Shown here piece by piece: positions 60,050-64,000 of a DNA stretch of 64,000 nt. The notes under the pieces are model-generated. The model did not search any database, was not told where the DNA came from, and saw only the letters and a program-made list of their open reading frames with translations. The stretch's first letter is position 1. The number at the start of each line of letters is the position of its first letter. This DNA comes from Macrostomum hystrix. Its lineage: Eukaryota; Animalia; Platyhelminthes. Both the position numbers and the translations under genes were made by a program. The stretch lies in the NCBI GenBank assembly GCA_950097015.1, contig CATNEN010000038.1:32364001-32428000 (forward strand), in the 5' to 3' direction.

Positions 60050-61980
60050 TGAAATTCTTCCAGGAATCGGCCAAGATAGAAGCCTGAGGGGCTGCAAAGG
60101 AGAGAAAAAAGTGAGATTAAAGTGACATTGTATCGCAGATTTAACCCAAAAGGATAAAAGGCGAAGACCACGTAGAGACCACGGACGACCGACGCAACGG
60201 TCTATAGGTGGACAGGCCGGACCCACAAAATCAAACAGGGATAAAAAATGAGAGGAGAAAGGGGAGGACAGGCGAATCAGTTTCGAGCAGCAGCAACACA
60301 AACGAAGGTAAGGTCCAGTACAGAGCCAACCCTGAGCAAAACCAGTCTAGGAAACTAAGAAACTACGCTCGTAGAAAACACACCTCCGTCACAGCTGGGG
60401 CTTGGCCTTGGCACGCCTGCTAGTCGAGCCTCAGCGCTGCTAGCCTGCCCATTTTCAGTTGCTATGGCGCCGACCGCCACGCTGTTGTCGACGCGCCACG
60501 CCGCCACAAGTCAGCTGCTCTTGGAAGAGAATGATGGCCAGCAGAGGAAGGGTGGTCTCTTTGACGCTGATGTGCTCACCTAACAAAATCCTGTGTGCGT
60601 CGTTGCATAAGTCTAGGAGTAGGTACTCACGCTGGCCTCTTGACATACAATCACGCCCCCGCGTCAGAGCAGGAATCTGCTTTGAATGTTGCCAGCACTC
60701 GAGTGAGTGCGTGTAGCCATGCAGAACTGCAGCTGGGACCGCAGCTCGTCACGCAGGGGCCCGATGATGCTGTTCTGAGATCGCCATGGTGATCTCCACG
60801 AGTGCGTGGCCTTTGCAGTTCTGGCTACTTTGCAGAACCAGTTCAACTTGCCGATCATTTCCTGAAAACGACACCCGCTTTTGAAGGCTTCTACTCGTAC
60901 TGAATTATTGAAGTCCAGAAGAAGCTGACAGCGAGCATCCATCCATCTTGTCGCTGACAGCGACAACTGAGGTAAATCGTCTCTTCATCTTGGACCGGTT
61001 AATCTCGAAGCCGAAAAGCATGGTGGCAAAGAGGAACTCTTGCAGCTTCCAGCGAATCCCACAGTCCCTGGTGGCGAAGCAGAAGTCATCGAGGTAGTCA
61101 AGGTAGGCTCGATCACAGCATATATGACAGGTATGCGAGAACTGTCGGTATATTTAGCGCTTGAAAGCTTGACATACAGATTGCCTGCGGCGGACGCATC
61201 GGTTGATGCGGAAACCACCGCGTATGCCAGTTTCTAGAAACATCGCGTCCGAGTCACCACCAAGGACGGCCGCCAAGGCTGCCGTTGACAATGAACATCT
61301 AATGTGTACTGCAGCGGATTTTGTTCAGTTTTTTAGGTCCCACCCTGAAGCCGTATTGCTGTTTCGAGTGTCAACCATCGCAAACGCGTCGAAATATGGT
61401 CGCAATAGCAGGATTGCCTGTTGCAACGTTTTTCGCGATTAAAAAGGCCAGTACAGAGCCAGTACAGAACCATGGACACCTTGGCTGACTGCTTTCGAGC
61501 CTGCCGCTTGCAGGTTCTTCGGAGCAATCAAGTGCCTAATGACGAAGTTCAGGCCGGGGCTGTCCCACTGCAACCTCATGTCCTGGTCGTACTGGAGCGC
61601 CACCCACCAGTCATAGCCGGCTTCGACTAGCTCTCCGATGTGTATGTTGAGATACGTCCTCAGCTTCTCAAGAAAGTGTCGAGAAAACGCTGCATGATTC
61701 TCGCGTTGGCCGCCACCCACTGACCGGAACCGACTCCTGACAGGCTCGGTAGTGCTGCTTTCAGGGTTAGGCGTCTGAGCTCTTGCGTAAGCCATACTCT
61801 AAACTGCTGCTTCTCGTCCAGGAAATCTGGGACGATCGCTCGCTGCTACAGGCATCGCAGCTGAACTTCCGATGCTTCATCAAACATTCGATCCTTCTCA
61901 GGGTCTGCTGAATCTGCGCTTAAATATTAAGAGCGCGGTGTGGGGCACTAAAGGCCCACAGATACGGCTTCACAGGTGCA
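60050..61980 (-). mobile_element. Internally deleted DIRS/Ngaro-type (tyrosine-recombinase class) retrotransposon relic
   Basis: In minus-strand order: Gag-like WWVALQYDQDMR and Cys/His knuckle FNREKRCNRQSCYCDH, then FLETGIRGGFRI (61202-61240), RT YLDD (61085-61096), FQEMIGKLNWFCKV, and RNase H-like HISVKE...VDNSVAV. Frameshifted; boundaries approximate. Confidence 0.7.
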
Positions 61981-62894
61981 CACACACACAATAATTGTCA
62001 TGTTGGAATTATTGCGGATTACATTGTATTGCTTATCTTGTTCATGTTATTGTTTTTCGAACCAATATGGGCTCGCAATAGTGGTTTATACAGGGCAATT
62101 TTAGTTGTCCTTGTCGCCATGGTCTTCGACAATCACTGAATATCTCGGCTTTGAAGTTAGTTCATCGGAAATGGTGGAGAATTTTCGCCTTTATGGTGGA
62201 CTTTCACCCAAGTCGGTCATATCTTACCATGGAGGAAATTTAGCGTCGTCTTTGTAATGCTAAAGGCGAGCGGTTTTACAGGCGGTAGTAACCCTAGGCC
62301 TGTGCTTTTGTGTCACAAAAATTTCCGCTAATTGAAATGACGACGAATAGGAACAGTGACGTTGAAGCCCAGCGCAGCAGAGCTTCAGACTCCTCACAGA
62401 AAAACGTCTGCAGCCCAATTAATCTCTACAAGAAATGCGAAGTCTTTGAGATTTGAGACACATTTTTCTTTCTATACTACTGTCGGTAGAGTTGTGTGCA
62501 AGCGTCTGCAACCAACGCTTCTGATTCTGTCAGTTCGTTTTAACGACACATGTCATTTAGCGATTGACCAGATCTCACGTACTCAGGTCTAAAACTGGGA
62601 CGCTAATAAAACTATCTCGAGTGTAACAAAAGCAAACTGCGACATTTCTACGTTTTTTCGCATTAACTGTCTTCCTGAAGTGGGTAAAATTATACTTCTC
62701 TAACGATCTCATATCAAAATCTACGTATGTAGGGTCACTAGAGCAGAGCATTGCTTTTATTATTATTTTATTTATTAAAAGGCATACAACAGATAGAGCT
62801 CTAGTGTCTGAACTATTCCGTCTATGTTGCATTGAGTTTCAAAGGAATCTCATCAAGTGCTTCTCCCATTCAAGCTGCTGGCTTGCTGTCACTC

Positions 62895-64000
62895 TCACTG
62901 AGTTGTTCTCTTGCTGCTGTCAGACGAAGAGAACTTGACTTTCTTTTGACGCAGACAGGGAAACAGAAAGGTGTAGAATCGAGTCGAAAATCCGGCAATG
63001 AACAGCGAGTTCATGTAGTACGGGATGGTGAACAAGAAGCCACCAAGTCTATCTGAGACCACGTCTGAAATGCGATAGAGCATGGAGACATGAGCACCTG
63101 CAATGTCATCAATGCATTCATCTACTTCACACAGAAGCCCAACTTACACGCAACCGGATCTACGGCAGCATCGACCAGAGTGCTGATTACGATCAGCAGG
63201 CGGGAGACGAAGAAACAGATTAGCAGAGTCACGTTCATTCCCAGCAGCTTGGCTGTGGCGCGAATCTCCGTCGTTGCCACGCTGCTGTCCGACGAACCTG
63301 TCGCACTCATTCGCAGTCTTCTCAGTCTGGACTCAAACAGAACTATGATGATGAGAATGGCGGCAACTAGATTGAGAAGGCAGATAATGAAGGCGATGGA
63401 AAGCATGAATAAAAAGCCGATCGTCTGTTGACCCCTGTCGGAGCTTACTGCGTAATAAATCGGAAATGGACAGGAACCTGACAAAACCTTGATCCCTAGC
63501 ACAGTTTTCTGCAATTTCGTATTGTTTCCGGGTTCAGCCAGCAACACGCTCAGCACAATGGAGACCGCCAGAGCGAGAAACGTTGCCAAACAGATCAAAC
63601 CCGTGTCGCGACTCTTAGTCAACTGAGCCTTGGCCTCGAGTGGATACTTGACGCTGTAGCAGCGAATCATCGAGCTGATGGTCAAGGCGATCGGAGACAG
63701 GTACATTGGGAAGTAGAGAAGTATGAAGAAAGCTTTGCACATCACTTGCTGTAGAAAAACGTGTTCAGGGCTTCGTAGGCCCCACATCAGTAGGGACAGA
63801 TCTTGACCAGGCCCTTGGATAGCATTTGGATTCGTTTTGAAAAAATCAACAATGAGTAACTCGTAGATGCGATATAAGGAACCCGCAATGTCCGCCCCGA
63901 CGACAATGGAAAACCACTTGCGAGCAGAATTGGAGAATCCGGTGTTGCCGCGGACCAAGAAGACTAGAGTGAGGATCTGGAGGAGCAGACCCAGTGGATA
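62895..64000 (-). CDS. Divergent rhodopsin-like (class A) GPCR, 5' partial, with a frame discontinuity at ~63122-63147
   Basis: Several hydrophobic helices; Cys at the top of TM3; IRCYSVKYPL (DRY-equivalent); TM6 preceded by EIRATAKLL. TM7/helix-8-like segment (YYMNSLFIAGFSTRF) lies in another frame, ORF 62895..63083. Confidence 0.75.

Overview
Eukaryotic (animal) genomic DNA with GC-rich exons and large introns full of minisatellites and transposons. The style suggests a free-living flatworm such as Macrostomum; that is inference, not verified. Nine conserved genes were modelled by hand: DDB1 (+, first exon outside the window), RNPC3/U11-U12 65K (+, intronless), an AMPA/kainate-type glutamate receptor (-), ECHDC3 (-), PFDN1 (-), SPEF1 (+), an ERM protein (-), a calmodulin-like protein (-) and a partial rhodopsin-like GPCR (-). 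The ORF track misses a further exon encoding a glycophorin-C/Neurexin-IV-like TM segment with a band-4.1 motif and PDZ tail. Mobile DNA includes an intact DD34D mariner with ~200-bp TIRs nested in a probable solo LTR, hAT, MULE, Crypton-like and DIRS/Ngaro relics, two tRNA-derived SINE families and two MITEs inserted into SINEs. The best lead is a putative polycistronic unit PFDN1 > ECHDC3 > small 4.1m/PDZ membrane protein, where ECHDC3 has no evident ATG of its own and may take it from a trans-spliced leader. Other leads are a CpG-decay footprint at 5' gene bodies, an altered iGluR gate and a possible 26-nt intron. All homology calls are from recalled motifs; no searches were run.
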